A stretch of DNA of 64,000 nucleotides from Chloroflexota bacterium (GTDB lineage Bacteria; Chloroflexota; Anaerolineae; Anaerolineales; DRMV01): assembly GCA_011322445.1 (NCBI GenBank), contig DRMV01000033.1, forward strand, positions 6,671-70,670. Reading direction: 5' to 3'. The notes below the pieces were generated by a model. The model did not search any database and was not told the origin of the DNA. It saw nothing but the letters and a program-made list of their open reading frames with translations. Below, piece by piece: positions 39,993 to 49,976 of this stretch (within the stretch, counting starts at the first letter, position 1; each line of letters opens with the position of its first letter). A program made the translations under genes and the position numbers.

Positions 39993-41329
39993 GCCGCTTC
40001 CTCCGTGCCAGCATGCACCACAAACGGCGCGTACCGGGCAACCAACCGCCCGGGCACCCGTCCGCGAATGCGTACACCGCCGCGATGGTGTTGCACTTCC
40101 TCAACCTGCCCCATCTCGTGAAACAGCGCAATCAGGCCACCTTCTTCATAGGGCAAATCCACCACAATGGGCTCATAGGTGGCATACAGTTTTTCGGAAA
40201 CCGCCTGGAGCAGTTCGGGAATGCCGTCGCCTCGCAGCGCCGAAATCGCCACCGCATGGGGGAAAGCCTGCAAAGCCTCGGCGGCTTTTTCAGGCGCGGG
40301 CAAGCGGTCGATTTTATTGAGCACCGTCAACACCGGAATGTGCTCCGCCCCAATCTCGGCCAGGGTTTGCAACACCGCCTCAGCCTGGGCTGCAGCCTGA
40401 GGATGCGTAATGTCAATGACGTGCAACAACAAATCGGCTTCGGTAATCTCTTCCAGGGTGGCGCGAAAAGCCGCCACAAGCGAAGTGGGAAGTTTTTGAA
40501 TGAAGCCCACGGTGTCGGTAAACAAGGCCAAGTGACCGCCGGGCAGTTCCACGCGCCGGGTGGTTGGGTCGAGGGTGGCGAAAAGTTGATCGGCCACGTA
40601 CACATCGGCCTGGGTCAAGCGGTTGAGCAAGGTCGACTTCCCTGCGTTGGTGTAGCCTACCAGCGCAACCACCGGCAAGCGGTTCTTGCGGCGGCGGGTA
40701 CGGTGCCGCTGGCGATGGGCGCGCACTTTCTCCAGTTCTTTGCGCAGGTTCGCCATGCGGCGGCGAATATCGCGCCGGTCGACTTCCAATTGCCGCTCAC
40801 CCGGGCCGCGCAGCCCCACACCGCCCATGCGGCCGGCGCGGCCACCGCCACCGCCCGTCTGCCTTGCCAGGTGCGTCCAGGCGCGGGTCAACCTCGGCAG
40901 GCGGTATTCGTACTGCGCCAGTTCGACTTGCAGCGCCCCTTCACGCGTCTGAGCATGTTGGGCGAAAATATCCAAAATCAGCGCCGTACGGTCAAGCAGG
41001 CGCACTTTTTCACCAAAGGCGTTCTCAAGTTCCCGCAGGTGGCGCGGCGAGAGTTCGTCGTCGAAAATGACCACGTCTGCCTGGAATTCCTCTACCAGCG
41101 CCTTGACTTCCTCCACCTTTCCCGGGCCAATAAAGGTTTTGGGGTGAGGGTGGTCAAGGCGTTGGGTGGCTTCCCCCACCACCTCCAACCCTGCCGTTTC
41201 GGCCAGGCGCGCTAACTCGGTCAACGAGTCTTCCAAAGGCAAAAGTTGGGGTTTCCCCCGTAGGGAGACCCCAACCAAAAAAGCACGTTCTCGCGGCGGC
41301 TGCGTCGGTTGGCTCACTTTTTCAGCCAT
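39989..41329 (-). CDS. hflX: GTPase HflX
   Basis: DRTALILDIFAQHA, GPGE, GYTNAGKSTL, LFATLDPT, DTVGFI, NKID. Confidence 0.96.
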   Translation of the reverse strand: MAEKVSQPTQPPRERAFLVGVSLRGKPQLLPLEDSLTELARLAETAGLEVVGEATQRLDHPHPKTFIGPGKVEEVKALVEEFQADVVIFDDELSPRHLRELENAFGEKVRLLDRTALILDIFAQHAQTREGALQVELAQYEYRLPRLTRAWTHLARQTGGGGGRAGRMGGVGLRGPGERQLEVDRRDIRRRMANLRKELEKVRAHRQRHRTRRRKNRLPVVALVGYTNAGKSTLLNRLTQADVYVADQLFATLDPTTRRVELPGGHLALFTDTVGFIQKLPTSLVAAFRATLEEITEADLLLHVIDITHPQAAAQAEAVLQTLAEIGAEHIPVLTVLNKIDRLPAPEKAAEALQAFPHAVAISALRGDGIPELLQAVSEKLYATYEPIVVDLPYEEGGLIALFHEMGQVEEVQHHRGGVRIRGRVPGRLVARYAPFVVHAGTEEAA

Positions 41330-42492
41330 GCCACCAGCCACTCCATGGCCTCGCGCAGTTTGGCCGTGTCGGTGCCTAACGAAATGCGCACGAACCCTTC
41401 CCCGTGCGGGCCAAAGACCACGCCAGGCGTCATGCTCACACCAGCTTCTCGCAAGGCGCGATCACAAAAGGCCTTGCTGTCGGTTTCGCCTTCCGGCAGG
41501 GGGTACCAGACATACAACGAGGCTTTGGGGGTTTCCACAGGAATGCCCGCGGAGCGCAAGGCCGCGACCACAATATCCCGCCGCTCCTGATAAATGGCAT
41601 TCCGCTCGGCCACCCAGGGCCACACCCGTTCATCGGTCATCGCCACAATGCCGCCTTCCAACACCGGCAGGAATTGCGAGGTATCGACCTGCGATTTGTA
41701 GATATGCACATAGCGCACCACATCGGGGTTCCCCACCATCATGCCCAAACGCCAGCCCGCCATGTTGAAGGCCTTGGAAAGCGAGTTGAACTCGACGGCC
41801 ACTTCTTTTGCACCCGGCACCTGCAAAATGCTGGGGGCTTCATAGCCGTCGTAGGTGACGTCCACATAGGGAGCGTCGTGTGCGATGAGGAGGTCGTGCT
41901 TGCGGGCAAAGGCCACTGCCTGCTCGAAAAAGTCCAGCGAGGTAACGGCCGTGGTGGGGTTGTTGGGGTAATTCAGCCAGAGGATCCTGGCGCGCTGCAA
42001 TACCTCCGCGGGGATGGCCTCGAGGTCGGGGAGGAAGCCATTTTCCGGCAAGAGGGGGACGAAATATGGCTCGGCCCCCGCCAACACGGTGCCCGCCCGG
42101 TAGGTGGGATAGCCAGGATCAGGGATGAGCACCACATCACCGGGGTTGAGCATGGCCTGGGCGAGATGAAACAGCCCTTCTTTGGAGCCGATCAGCCCCA
42201 GCACCTCTGTGGCAGGGTCCAGGGCCACCTGGAAACGGCGCTGATAGTAATCTGCCACCGCCTGTTTGAAAGCCGGGGTGCCGCCGTAGGTAGTGTAGCT
42301 GTGGGTGTCTGGACGACGTGCCGAAGCCACCAACGCCTCGATGACAAAATCAGGCGGCGGCAGGTCGGGCGCGCCAATATCAATGCGGATGATATCTTTA
42401 CCTTCGGCACGCAGGGCTGCGATGCGCTTGCCCAGTTGAGCAAAAAAGTAGGCACCAAATCCAGCGAGGCGGTCGGCAGATTGGAACGACAT
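41314..42492 (-). CDS. Class I/II PLP aminotransferase (LL-diaminopimelate aminotransferase/AlaC-like)
   Basis: LIGSKEG, DPGYPTY, NYPNNPT, HDAPY, SLSKAFNMAGWRLG. Confidence 0.88.
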   Translation of the reverse strand: MSFQSADRLAGFGAYFFAQLGKRIAALRAEGKDIIRIDIGAPDLPPPDFVIEALVASARRPDTHSYTTYGGTPAFKQAVADYYQRRFQVALDPATEVLGLIGSKEGLFHLAQAMLNPGDVVLIPDPGYPTYRAGTVLAGAEPYFVPLLPENGFLPDLEAIPAEVLQRARILWLNYPNNPTTAVTSLDFFEQAVAFARKHDLLIAHDAPYVDVTYDGYEAPSILQVPGAKEVAVEFNSLSKAFNMAGWRLGMMVGNPDVVRYVHIYKSQVDTSQFLPVLEGGIVAMTDERVWPWVAERNAIYQERRDIVVAALRSAGIPVETPKASLYVWYPLPEGETDSKAFCDRALREAGVSMTPGVVFGPHGEGFVRISLGTDTAKLREAMEWLVAWLKK

Positions 42493-42495
42493 GGG

Positions 42496-43749
42496 TCACT
42501 CTCCTTTCTTGAGATAAGCGGCCAGTTTGGAAAATATGCCACTTTTGCCCGATTCATCGGGAGGTTCTTCACGTAAGGGAAGCAAAACATGGAAAGTGGA
42601 ACCCGGGCACTTTTCTTCATCGTAACCGGGAGATTCCACCCAAATGGAGCCGCCGTGGGCTTCGACAATGCCACGGGCAATAGCCAGCCCCAGCCCCGGG
42701 CCGCCTCCCTTGAAACGCGTCTTCCCGCTGGAATGGGTTTGGGGGTCTCCAAGACGCCCAAATTTATCGAAGATGATGTGCTGGTCTTCCGGTGCAATGC
42801 CAATGCCGGTATCGGCGACCCACACTTCCACAAAGCCCGGCAAAAGACGCCCATCCACCGTGATGCGCCCCCCATCGGGTGTGTATTTGATGGCATTGGT
42901 CAACAGATTGCGGAACACCTGCTGCAGGCGCTCCACGTCGCCGAAAATCAGGCGTTCACTGCCAGGAAACCGGTGAACCTTGAGGGTCAGCCGTCGCTCT
43001 TCCAACACCGGCGCAAGTTCGTCGGTCAGCGAGCGGAAAATTTGCCCCAACCATAAAGGCTGAAACGAAAGTTTCAGCATGTTGTTGTCTAACAGCGAAA
43101 CATCGACCAGGTCGTCCACGATTTCGCGAATACGCTTGCTGCCGCGAAAAATGCCTTCCAAAAAAGGGCGTGTCTGCTCTCGCAAGGTCTCGGGGGCAGC
43201 GCCTTCCAGCACATCGCGCAGCATGGCGGCATAGCCCTCAATAAGCGTGAGAGGGGTTTTGAGTTCGTGGGCCGCCACGGAGATAAAATCGGATTTGGAT
43301 TTGTCTAACCTCTCCAGTTCCCGCTGCACACGCTCGAGTTCGGCGGTGGTATGGTCCAACTGGGCCCGCATTTCCTGGTTTGCGGCATATTCCAGCATGT
43401 GCAACCAGTAAGGCATCAACGCGGTAATGAATTCCAGGTTTTCGCCTTCCGTCAGCCGTTCCCGCGCCACCTGAATGGTGACTTCAATCAACCGCTGGAG
43501 CGCCTCGGCGATGGTAATCACCTCGCTATCCAAATCGGTGACGGTTTGAGACCACACCCACAAGTAAACAATGGAATCCAACCAGGCAGGGTCGCCGCTG
43601 GCCGCGGCCTGCCGCAAGAGTTCGTAAAAACGCTCCAACTGAGGGCGCAACCCAACCCGCGTCGCCTCCCCCTGGGCAAGCGCTTCCAAGGCAGCCTCTA
43701 ACCATGCGTCATGCAAGGAATCCAGCGTTTGAGCAAGATCCATAAGCAT
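42496..43749 (-). CDS. Soluble sensor histidine kinase (HisKA + HATPase) with helical N-terminal domain
   Basis: AAHELKTPL, NLLTNAIKYTP, DTGIGI, GGGPGLGLAI. Confidence 0.92.
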   Translation of the reverse strand: MLMDLAQTLDSLHDAWLEAALEALAQGEATRVGLRPQLERFYELLRQAAASGDPAWLDSIVYLWVWSQTVTDLDSEVITIAEALQRLIEVTIQVARERLTEGENLEFITALMPYWLHMLEYAANQEMRAQLDHTTAELERVQRELERLDKSKSDFISVAAHELKTPLTLIEGYAAMLRDVLEGAAPETLREQTRPFLEGIFRGSKRIREIVDDLVDVSLLDNNMLKLSFQPLWLGQIFRSLTDELAPVLEERRLTLKVHRFPGSERLIFGDVERLQQVFRNLLTNAIKYTPDGGRITVDGRLLPGFVEVWVADTGIGIAPEDQHIIFDKFGRLGDPQTHSSGKTRFKGGGPGLGLAIARGIVEAHGGSIWVESPGYDEEKCPGSTFHVLLPLREEPPDESGKSGIFSKLAAYLKKGE

Positions 43750-43805
43750 AGTTTACGATAAGATGAGCATTTTGCCAATAGTATGCCCAAAGCGCCCTCG
43801 CGGCC

Positions 43806-44321
43806 TCACCCCACCTCCTCCGCGAAAGCAATGTGCAGACGGCCAGCGTCATCATAAGTATATTGGGCAAAGAAAGGTGGCGTCTGGGGCGTGGCGGCCA
43901 GCACGCGCGGGAGCAACACCTTCAAGTCTTCGACCAGCGGGAGTTGCGACCAGTCTTCCAGCGGCACCCAGGAAACCAGCCCTTCGCGCGAGGGACGCAA
44001 AGGCGCATCAGCCGGGCGCGGCTCGCCCCGAAAGACAAACAACCCCACCCCTGGGTTGGTACCGGTATCAATGGTCACAATACCGCATAACCAGAGTGAG
44101 GCATCCAGCCCGGTTTCTTCCCGCAGTTCGCGGCGGGCTGCGGCGAGCACATCTTCGCCAGGCTGGATATGCCCGCCCACCCCATTATAAAGGTTGGCCC
44201 ACAGCGGTTTATCGGGCGCGCCCTTCAACAGCAAGATTTCATCCTCGCGGGTGAGGAAAATCAACGTGCGCGGCACCAGCATATAGCGCTCGGTGCTCAC
44301 CTTTTGCGCAGATTTTGGCAC
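43806..44321 (-). CDS. NUDIX hydrolase (MutT-like)
   Basis: GVGGHIQPGEDVLAAARRELREETGL; GTG start with AAGGAGG RBS. Confidence 0.9.
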   Translation of the reverse strand: MPKSAQKVSTERYMLVPRTLIFLTREDEILLLKGAPDKPLWANLYNGVGGHIQPGEDVLAAARRELREETGLDASLWLCGIVTIDTGTNPGVGLFVFRGEPRPADAPLRPSREGLVSWVPLEDWSQLPLVEDLKVLLPRVLAATPQTPPFFAQYTYDDAGRLHIAFAEEVG

Positions 44322-44484
44322 CTTCGCCTCCTTTTTGAAGCGTATGACATTCGGCACATCGTGCTGCGGCTAATTTTAGCGCCCCTTGCGACAAAGCACA
44401 AATTCAGGTAAGATAGAAGCGTTGATTCGGTTCTTCTTGCGAATCGCAGGGAGAACGCTACCCCACCTCATCAGGAGGAGAAGC

Positions 44485-45495
44485 ATGCGCAAGAGACGAA
44501 CTCTGTACCTCGTATTTGCGCTCCTGGTTGTGGCGGCTACCGTGTTGGCGGCCTGCGCCAAAGCCACGCCGACGCCCGCCCCCACCGAGAAGCCCGCTGC
44601 GACCGAAGCGCCCACCCAGGCACCCGCGGTCACTGAGGCCCCGACCGAGGCGCCCACCGAAGCGCCGCAGAAAGCCGCCCTGGGCACCGCAGAAAACCCC
44701 ATCGTCTGGGTGTTGACCCCCTCCCAGGATACGCAAAAAGTGCTTGCTGGTGCTGAGCCAATCGCCCAATATGTCGAAGACAAGACCGGCCTGGTGATCA
44801 AGCCCGTCATCCCGACGGACTACTCGGCACAAATCGAGGCCATGTGCAGCGGCGAGGCCCAAATGGGCGCGCTGAACACCTTCGGCTACGTGCTCGCCAG
44901 CAAGAAGGGCTGCGCCGATGTGGCGTTGGCTTCCGTGCGCTACGGCTCCACCTCCTACGCGGGGCAGATCATCACCCGCCCCGACACGGGCATCAAGAGC
45001 ATCAAAGATCTCGTCGGCAAGACCTTCTGCCGCCCTGACCCTGAATCCACTTCGGGTTGGGTGATGCCCAAACTGATGATGCTCGGCGCGGGCATTGACC
45101 CCGACAAAGACCTGAAGCAAATCGTCGACACCGGCGGCCACGACGCCACGGTGCTGGCCGTCTACAACGGCGACTGCGATGCCGGGGCCACCTTCCAGGA
45201 TGCCCGTGTGCTGGTAGCGAAAGACTACCCCGACGTCAACGACAAGGTCATCGTCATCGCCACTTCCCCGCCCATCCCCAACGACAACATCTCCTTCCGG
45301 CCTGACTTCCCCCAAGACATGCGCGAGAAGATCGTGAACGCGCTGCTGACCCTCAACGACACCGATGAGGGCAAGGCCATGCTGAAGGGCCTGTTCTCGT
45401 GGCAGGGTCTGAAGAAAGTGGACGATCACTTCTACGATGGCTTCCGCCAGGCGCTTGAAGCCGCGGGCCTGAGCGTTGAAGACCTGAACAAATAA
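44485..45495 (+). CDS. phnD: Phosphate/phosphite/phosphonate ABC transporter substrate-binding lipoprotein
   Basis: Lipobox VLAAC, TEAP-repeat linker, ESTSGW, GGHDA, IPND. Confidence 0.88.
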   Translation: MRKRRTLYLVFALLVVAATVLAACAKATPTPAPTEKPAATEAPTQAPAVTEAPTEAPTEAPQKAALGTAENPIVWVLTPSQDTQKVLAGAEPIAQYVEDKTGLVIKPVIPTDYSAQIEAMCSGEAQMGALNTFGYVLASKKGCADVALASVRYGSTSYAGQIITRPDTGIKSIKDLVGKTFCRPDPESTSGWVMPKLMMLGAGIDPDKDLKQIVDTGGHDATVLAVYNGDCDAGATFQDARVLVAKDYPDVNDKVIVIATSPPIPNDNISFRPDFPQDMREKIVNALLTLNDTDEGKAMLKGLFSWQGLKKVDDHFYDGFRQALEAAGLSVEDLNK

Positions 45496-45506
45496 CCACG
45501 CGTTTC

Positions 45507-45547
45507 TCAAGGCGGGGGAAGTCCGCTTCCCTCGCCTTGATTTTTTT
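45507..45547 (+). terminator. Intrinsic terminator between phnD and phnC
   Basis: TCAAGGCGGGGGAAG-TCCG-CTTCCCTCGCCTTGA-TTTTTTT. Confidence 0.8.
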
Positions 45548-45590
45548 ATCTCCTGCCGGGCTTCCGGCCTTCCCACTTTGCGAGGGCTTT

Positions 45591-46361
45591 ATGCTGGTTG
45601 TAGAACACCTCACCAAAGTTTACGAGGACGGCACCGTTGCGCTGAAAGACGTCAGTTTCACAGTCGAAGACGGGGAATTCCTGGTCATCATCGGCTTGAG
45701 TGGTTCGGGTAAATCCACCTTGCTGCGGTGCATCAACCGCCTGATTGAACCCACAGAGGGGCGCATCCTCTGGAACGGTGTAGACATTACCCAAACCAGT
45801 GAAGCCGAAATGCGCCGCATTCGCCGTGAAATCGGCATGATTTTTCAGCACTTCAACCTGGTCGAACGCTCCAGCGTGCTGACGAATGTGCTCACCGGCC
45901 GGCTGGGCTATCTGCCCTCGTGGTGGAGCCTGATCAACTATTTCCCTCAATCTGAGAAGCGGCGGGCTATGGCCGCGCTGGAGCGCGTGGGCATTGGCGA
46001 CAAGGCCCAAAACCGCGCCGACGCCCTCAGCGGTGGTCAAAAGCAGCGCGTGGGCATCGCCCGGGCGCTCATGCAGGAACCCAAAATGATCCTCGCCGAC
46101 GAGCCTGTCGCCAGCCTCGACCCGGTGTTGGCCCATTCCATTTTGGGCTACCTTGAAACCCTTAACCAGGAACAAAACATCACGGTGCTGTGCAGCCTGC
46201 ACTACCTTGATTTGGTCCAACGCTATGCCACCAAAGTCATCGGCCTGCGAGACGGACGCCTGGTGTACGAAGGCACGCGTGAACAGATCCGCAACATTAC
46301 CGACGCCGAATTCAAGCACATCTACGGTCAAGAAGCCCAGCGGCTCAGCGTGGGCGGATAA
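45591..46361 (+). CDS. phnC: Phosphonate-type ABC transporter ATP-binding protein
   Basis: GLSGSGKSTLLRCINRL, FQHFNLV, LSGGQKQRV, LADEPVASLDP. Confidence 0.92.
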   Translation: MLVVEHLTKVYEDGTVALKDVSFTVEDGEFLVIIGLSGSGKSTLLRCINRLIEPTEGRILWNGVDITQTSEAEMRRIRREIGMIFQHFNLVERSSVLTNVLTGRLGYLPSWWSLINYFPQSEKRRAMAALERVGIGDKAQNRADALSGGQKQRVGIARALMQEPKMILADEPVASLDPVLAHSILGYLETLNQEQNITVLCSLHYLDLVQRYATKVIGLRDGRLVYEGTREQIRNITDAEFKHIYGQEAQRLSVGG

Positions 46362-46392
46362 CCCTCAAGCCTGAACTGCATAAGGAGTCATT

Positions 46393-48531
46393 GTGGCCGA
46401 AAAAAGCACCCCTCTTGCCAAGCCCTCCTGGCTCCAGGCCCTGCTCTCGCTGCTGGTACCCGGCCTGGGACAAGCCGTTGGCGGCGCCATTAGCCGCGGT
46501 TTCTACATCTTACTGAGCATCGTCACCCTGAGCGGGCTGGCAGTGTTTGCCGCAGCCCAGCGCCCGCGCTACCCCGACTACGCGCTCAGTTTCCACGCCT
46601 ATCTTCTCTTCCTGGTGGAATCCGCGGCGCTCCTTGTCTTCCTGCTGGCGATTTACTGGCTGGCGCGGCGCTATGCCATGCGCTCGGAATTTGCCCGCAA
46701 CGTCGCCACGCCGGCATTCGTCATTCTGGTCATCGTGGTGCTGGGCATCACCGCGCCGGCAATGATCGACACGGTGCTTTCCGCCGCCGACATGAAAAAG
46801 CTCTACGCGATGACCTCGCTGCTCACCGCCTTCGTGACGGTGGCCATTTGGGCGTGGAACATCTTCGACGCGGCACGCCTGCGCGGGCGAGAACATGCCC
46901 CCAGCATGGGCACCTTCTACATGCTGCTCATCGTGGGCATTCTGGTGCTGGGCACCCGCATTGTACAAATCAACCCCGAAAAGGCCATCCGGGAATACAA
47001 AGACACCGGCGTCATCCTCAGCCGCATTGTGTGGCCGTGGAAAGTCGCCTTCGACTACTCAGAATCGCAACTGGTTGCCACCGCCAAAATTCAAGCCCCC
47101 TGCCCCCCTGGCTCCACCCCGCCGCCGGTGGAACAGCCTAAAGAAGGCCAGCCGTGGGTCAGCGTTACCCCAACGTGCGGTGAGTTGAGCACTCGCGATA
47201 GCACCGGGAAACCCATCTTCGGCACCCTGCTCACCATCAAAGGCGGCGGCTTCCAGCCCAACAAGAAAGTCCACATCCAATGGGCGAACCCGCTGGGGAA
47301 CGCGTTCACGCCGCGAGGCTTTGGCCCCACCGACATCGAAGTAGGCCCCGACGGCACGTTCACCACCAAACTCTACATTCCCGACGTCACGATCCCCAGC
47401 ATGGCGCAAGGACCGCAGATTCACGAACTGCGGGTGGTGCAGCGCGGCACGGCGAAGTTTACCGGCAAACTGAGCAAAGAAATGAAACTCGCCCTGCAAG
47501 CCATGCTGGAAAGTATCATGATGGGCCTGATGGCGACCGCGGTCGGCATTGTGCTCAGCGTGCCGCTTTCCTTCCTGGCGGCTCGCAACCTGATGAGCAC
47601 ACTGCATACCACTACCCAAGGCTTTGTGGGCGGCGTGATTGGGCTGGTAGGAGGGGCCTATCTCGGCAAACTTGCCGGCGACTGGCTCACCCCCATGGTG
47701 GGTGGGCTGGAAAAAGCGCCCATCCTCACCTTCAGCATTTACATCGTGCTGGTGTTTAGCCTGGCCATTCTGGCCTATCGGTTGCTCAGTCGCGCCTTAG
47801 ACAGCGTGGCCGAGCACCTGCCCCCCCTGGTTTCCCTCGGTGTGGGCATGGTCGGCATGGCGCTGGTCGGTGCGGCCGTAGGTTACGCGCTGGGGTTGGG
47901 GTACGCCCACGGCATCCTGGGCATCACCCGCGGCGCCGAAGGGGCGCTGGCTGCCGCCCCCCACACAGCCCTGCTCGGCGCGGTGCTGGGGGCCTTCCTG
48001 GGCGCTTTTTGGGCCTGGCGGCTGGGCACCAGCAGCACCATTCCCATTGGGCAAATGATCTACGCCGCGGTGCGGCTCATGCTCAACATCGGGCGCTCGA
48101 TTGAGCCGCTGATTTGGGCCATTATGGGCGTCATTTGGGTTGGCCCCGGCCCGTTTGCCGGTTTCATCGCCCTGACTATCCACTCGGTGGCCGCCCTCGG
48201 CAAACTTTACTCAGAAGCCATCGAAAGCATCGACCCTGGCCCCATCGAGGCTTTGCAAGCCACCGGCGCCAGCCGCCTCCAGACCATCGTCTATGCGGTG
48301 GTGCCGCAAGTCATGCCGCCTTTCACCGCCTTCACCCTCTACCGCTGGGACATCAACGTCCGCATGTCCACCATCATCGGTTTGGTCGGCGGCGGTGGTA
48401 TCGGCTTCCTGCTCATTCAGTGGATTCACCAGTTCCAATACGAGCAAGCCGGGCTGGCCGTGTGGCTCATCACCATTACCGTGGCAACGCTCGACTTCGT
48501 CAGCGCGAGCATTCGCGAAAAAATGGTATAG
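46393..48531 (+). CDS. phnE: Enlarged PhnE/PtxC-type permease with extra TM segments and an extracytoplasmic beta domain
   Basis: LSFLAARN, RSIEPLIW, LGKLYSEAIESID, YRWDINVR.ST.IG.VGGGGIG. Confidence 0.85.
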   Translation: MAEKSTPLAKPSWLQALLSLLVPGLGQAVGGAISRGFYILLSIVTLSGLAVFAAAQRPRYPDYALSFHAYLLFLVESAALLVFLLAIYWLARRYAMRSEFARNVATPAFVILVIVVLGITAPAMIDTVLSAADMKKLYAMTSLLTAFVTVAIWAWNIFDAARLRGREHAPSMGTFYMLLIVGILVLGTRIVQINPEKAIREYKDTGVILSRIVWPWKVAFDYSESQLVATAKIQAPCPPGSTPPPVEQPKEGQPWVSVTPTCGELSTRDSTGKPIFGTLLTIKGGGFQPNKKVHIQWANPLGNAFTPRGFGPTDIEVGPDGTFTTKLYIPDVTIPSMAQGPQIHELRVVQRGTAKFTGKLSKEMKLALQAMLESIMMGLMATAVGIVLSVPLSFLAARNLMSTLHTTTQGFVGGVIGLVGGAYLGKLAGDWLTPMVGGLEKAPILTFSIYIVLVFSLAILAYRLLSRALDSVAEHLPPLVSLGVGMVGMALVGAAVGYALGLGYAHGILGITRGAEGALAAAPHTALLGAVLGAFLGAFWAWRLGTSSTIPIGQMIYAAVRLMLNIGRSIEPLIWAIMGVIWVGPGPFAGFIALTIHSVAALGKLYSEAIESIDPGPIEALQATGASRLQTIVYAVVPQVMPPFTAFTLYRWDINVRMSTIIGLVGGGGIGFLLIQWIHQFQYEQAGLAVWLITITVATLDFVSASIREKMV

Positions 48532-48552
48532 CCGGGCACCAAGGCCTTCCCC

Positions 48553-48585
48553 ACAGCCCCTTGTCATCTGGCAAGGGGCTGTTTT
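48553..48585 (+). terminator. Intrinsic terminator after phnE
   Basis: ACAGCCCCTTG...CAAGGGGCTGT followed by a T run. Confidence 0.75.
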
Positions 48586-48616
48586 GATGATTTTCATGGA
48601 TGGTATAATCTCGGCC

Positions 48617-49276
48617 ATGCGTCATGGGCTGTGGTTCACGCTGAGGCTGGCCGTGCTGGCCGCAGCAACAAGTCTGCTGATATTGCTTTTGGGGCGAGTA
48701 TGGGTCATGTGGCGGGCAGCGCCCTTCATCACATCACCGTCAGAAGCACCAACCCGCCGGGTCGCCATCGTGTTTGGCGCCGGGCTGTGGCGTGATGGCT
48801 CCCCCACCCCCGTGCTGCGCGACCGCGTGGCCACGGCAGCCGACCTCTATTTCCAGGGGAAGGCACAAAAATTGCTCTTTAGCGGAGACAACCGCTTTAT
48901 CAATTACAACGAGCCGGAAGCCATGCGCCGCTATGCACTCAGCCTGGGCGTGCCCGACGACGCCATTGTGCTCGACTACGCCGGTCGGCGCACATACGAC
49001 ACCTGCTATCGCGCCAGAGCCATCTTCGGCGTCGAGCAGGCGCTGGTAGTGACACAACGCTTCCACCTTGCCCGCGCCGTTTACACCTGTCGTGCCTTAG
49101 GCATTGATGCCATCGGCGTGCCTGCCGACCGCCGCCGTTACCGCACCTTGCCGTACATTTACTGGAACGCCCGCGAAGTGCTGGCCTCAGCACGGGCGTT
49201 GCTCGACGTTCACGTCACCCACCCTTTGCCTGTGCTGGGCAAGTTCGAACCCATCTTTCCGGAGGAAACCCCATGA
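48617..49276 (+). CDS. SanA/YdcF (ElyC) family protein
   Basis: AIVFGAG, LRDRV, SGDN, YNEPEAM, DYAGRRTYD, TQRFHLARA, RE. Confidence 0.9.
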   Translation: MRHGLWFTLRLAVLAAATSLLILLLGRVWVMWRAAPFITSPSEAPTRRVAIVFGAGLWRDGSPTPVLRDRVATAADLYFQGKAQKLLFSGDNRFINYNEPEAMRRYALSLGVPDDAIVLDYAGRRTYDTCYRARAIFGVEQALVVTQRFHLARAVYTCRALGIDAIGVPADRRRYRTLPYIYWNAREVLASARALLDVHVTHPLPVLGKFEPIFPEETP

Positions 49277-49848
49277 TCGACCGCGACCAAGCCCTCGCCA
49301 TTGTGCACGAATTCGTGCAAAGCCCTAATCTGCGCCGCCACATGCTGGCAGTGGAAGCCGCGATGCGCTTCTATGCCGAAAAATTTGGTGAAGACGTCGA
49401 CAAATGGGGCATCACCGGCCTGCTGCACGACTTCGATTGGGAAATCCACCCCACGCTGGAAGAACACCCCACAGCAGGCGCCCCCATTTTGCGGGAACGC
49501 GGCGTGCCGGAAGAGATCGTCCACGCCATTCTCACCCACGCCGACCACACCGGCGTGCCCCGCGAAACGCTGATGGAACACGCCCTCTACGCGTGCGACG
49601 AAATCACCGGCCTGATCACCGCCGTCGCGCTGGTGCGGCCTTCCAAATCACTTTACGACCTCAAGGTAAAATCGGTCAAGAAAAAATGGAAGGACAAATC
49701 GTTCGCGGCCGGCGCCGACCGGGAGGCCATCCGCCGCGGGGCCGAGGAAATTGGCATTGATTTGTGGGAACACGTCGGCAACGTCATCGAGGCCATGAAG
49801 CGCATTGCCCCCGAACTCGGGCTCGACGGCTCGTTGGCCTCTTCGTAG
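49273..49848 (+). CDS. HD-domain (HDIG-type) phosphohydrolase
   Basis: HMLAVEAAM, GLLHDFD, DEITGLI, KDKSFAAG. Confidence 0.9.
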   Translation: MIDRDQALAIVHEFVQSPNLRRHMLAVEAAMRFYAEKFGEDVDKWGITGLLHDFDWEIHPTLEEHPTAGAPILRERGVPEEIVHAILTHADHTGVPRETLMEHALYACDEITGLITAVALVRPSKSLYDLKVKSVKKKWKDKSFAAGADREAIRRGAEEIGIDLWEHVGNVIEAMKRIAPELGLDGSLASS

Positions 49849-49976
49849 CACGCTGCAGCGCTTTCCAAAATATGCTACACTATAAACATCGCGGCGCGCC
49901 TGCCCCATAGCAGGACGTCCACCCCAAAGTTCACCGCGCACGCCCGCGCTCACCGGCCACGGAAGGAGGAGGTGCC

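Noticed and set aside
49273..49848. Cas3-type HD nuclease
   Set aside because: Matches the common small HD hydrolase pattern; no cas genes nearby
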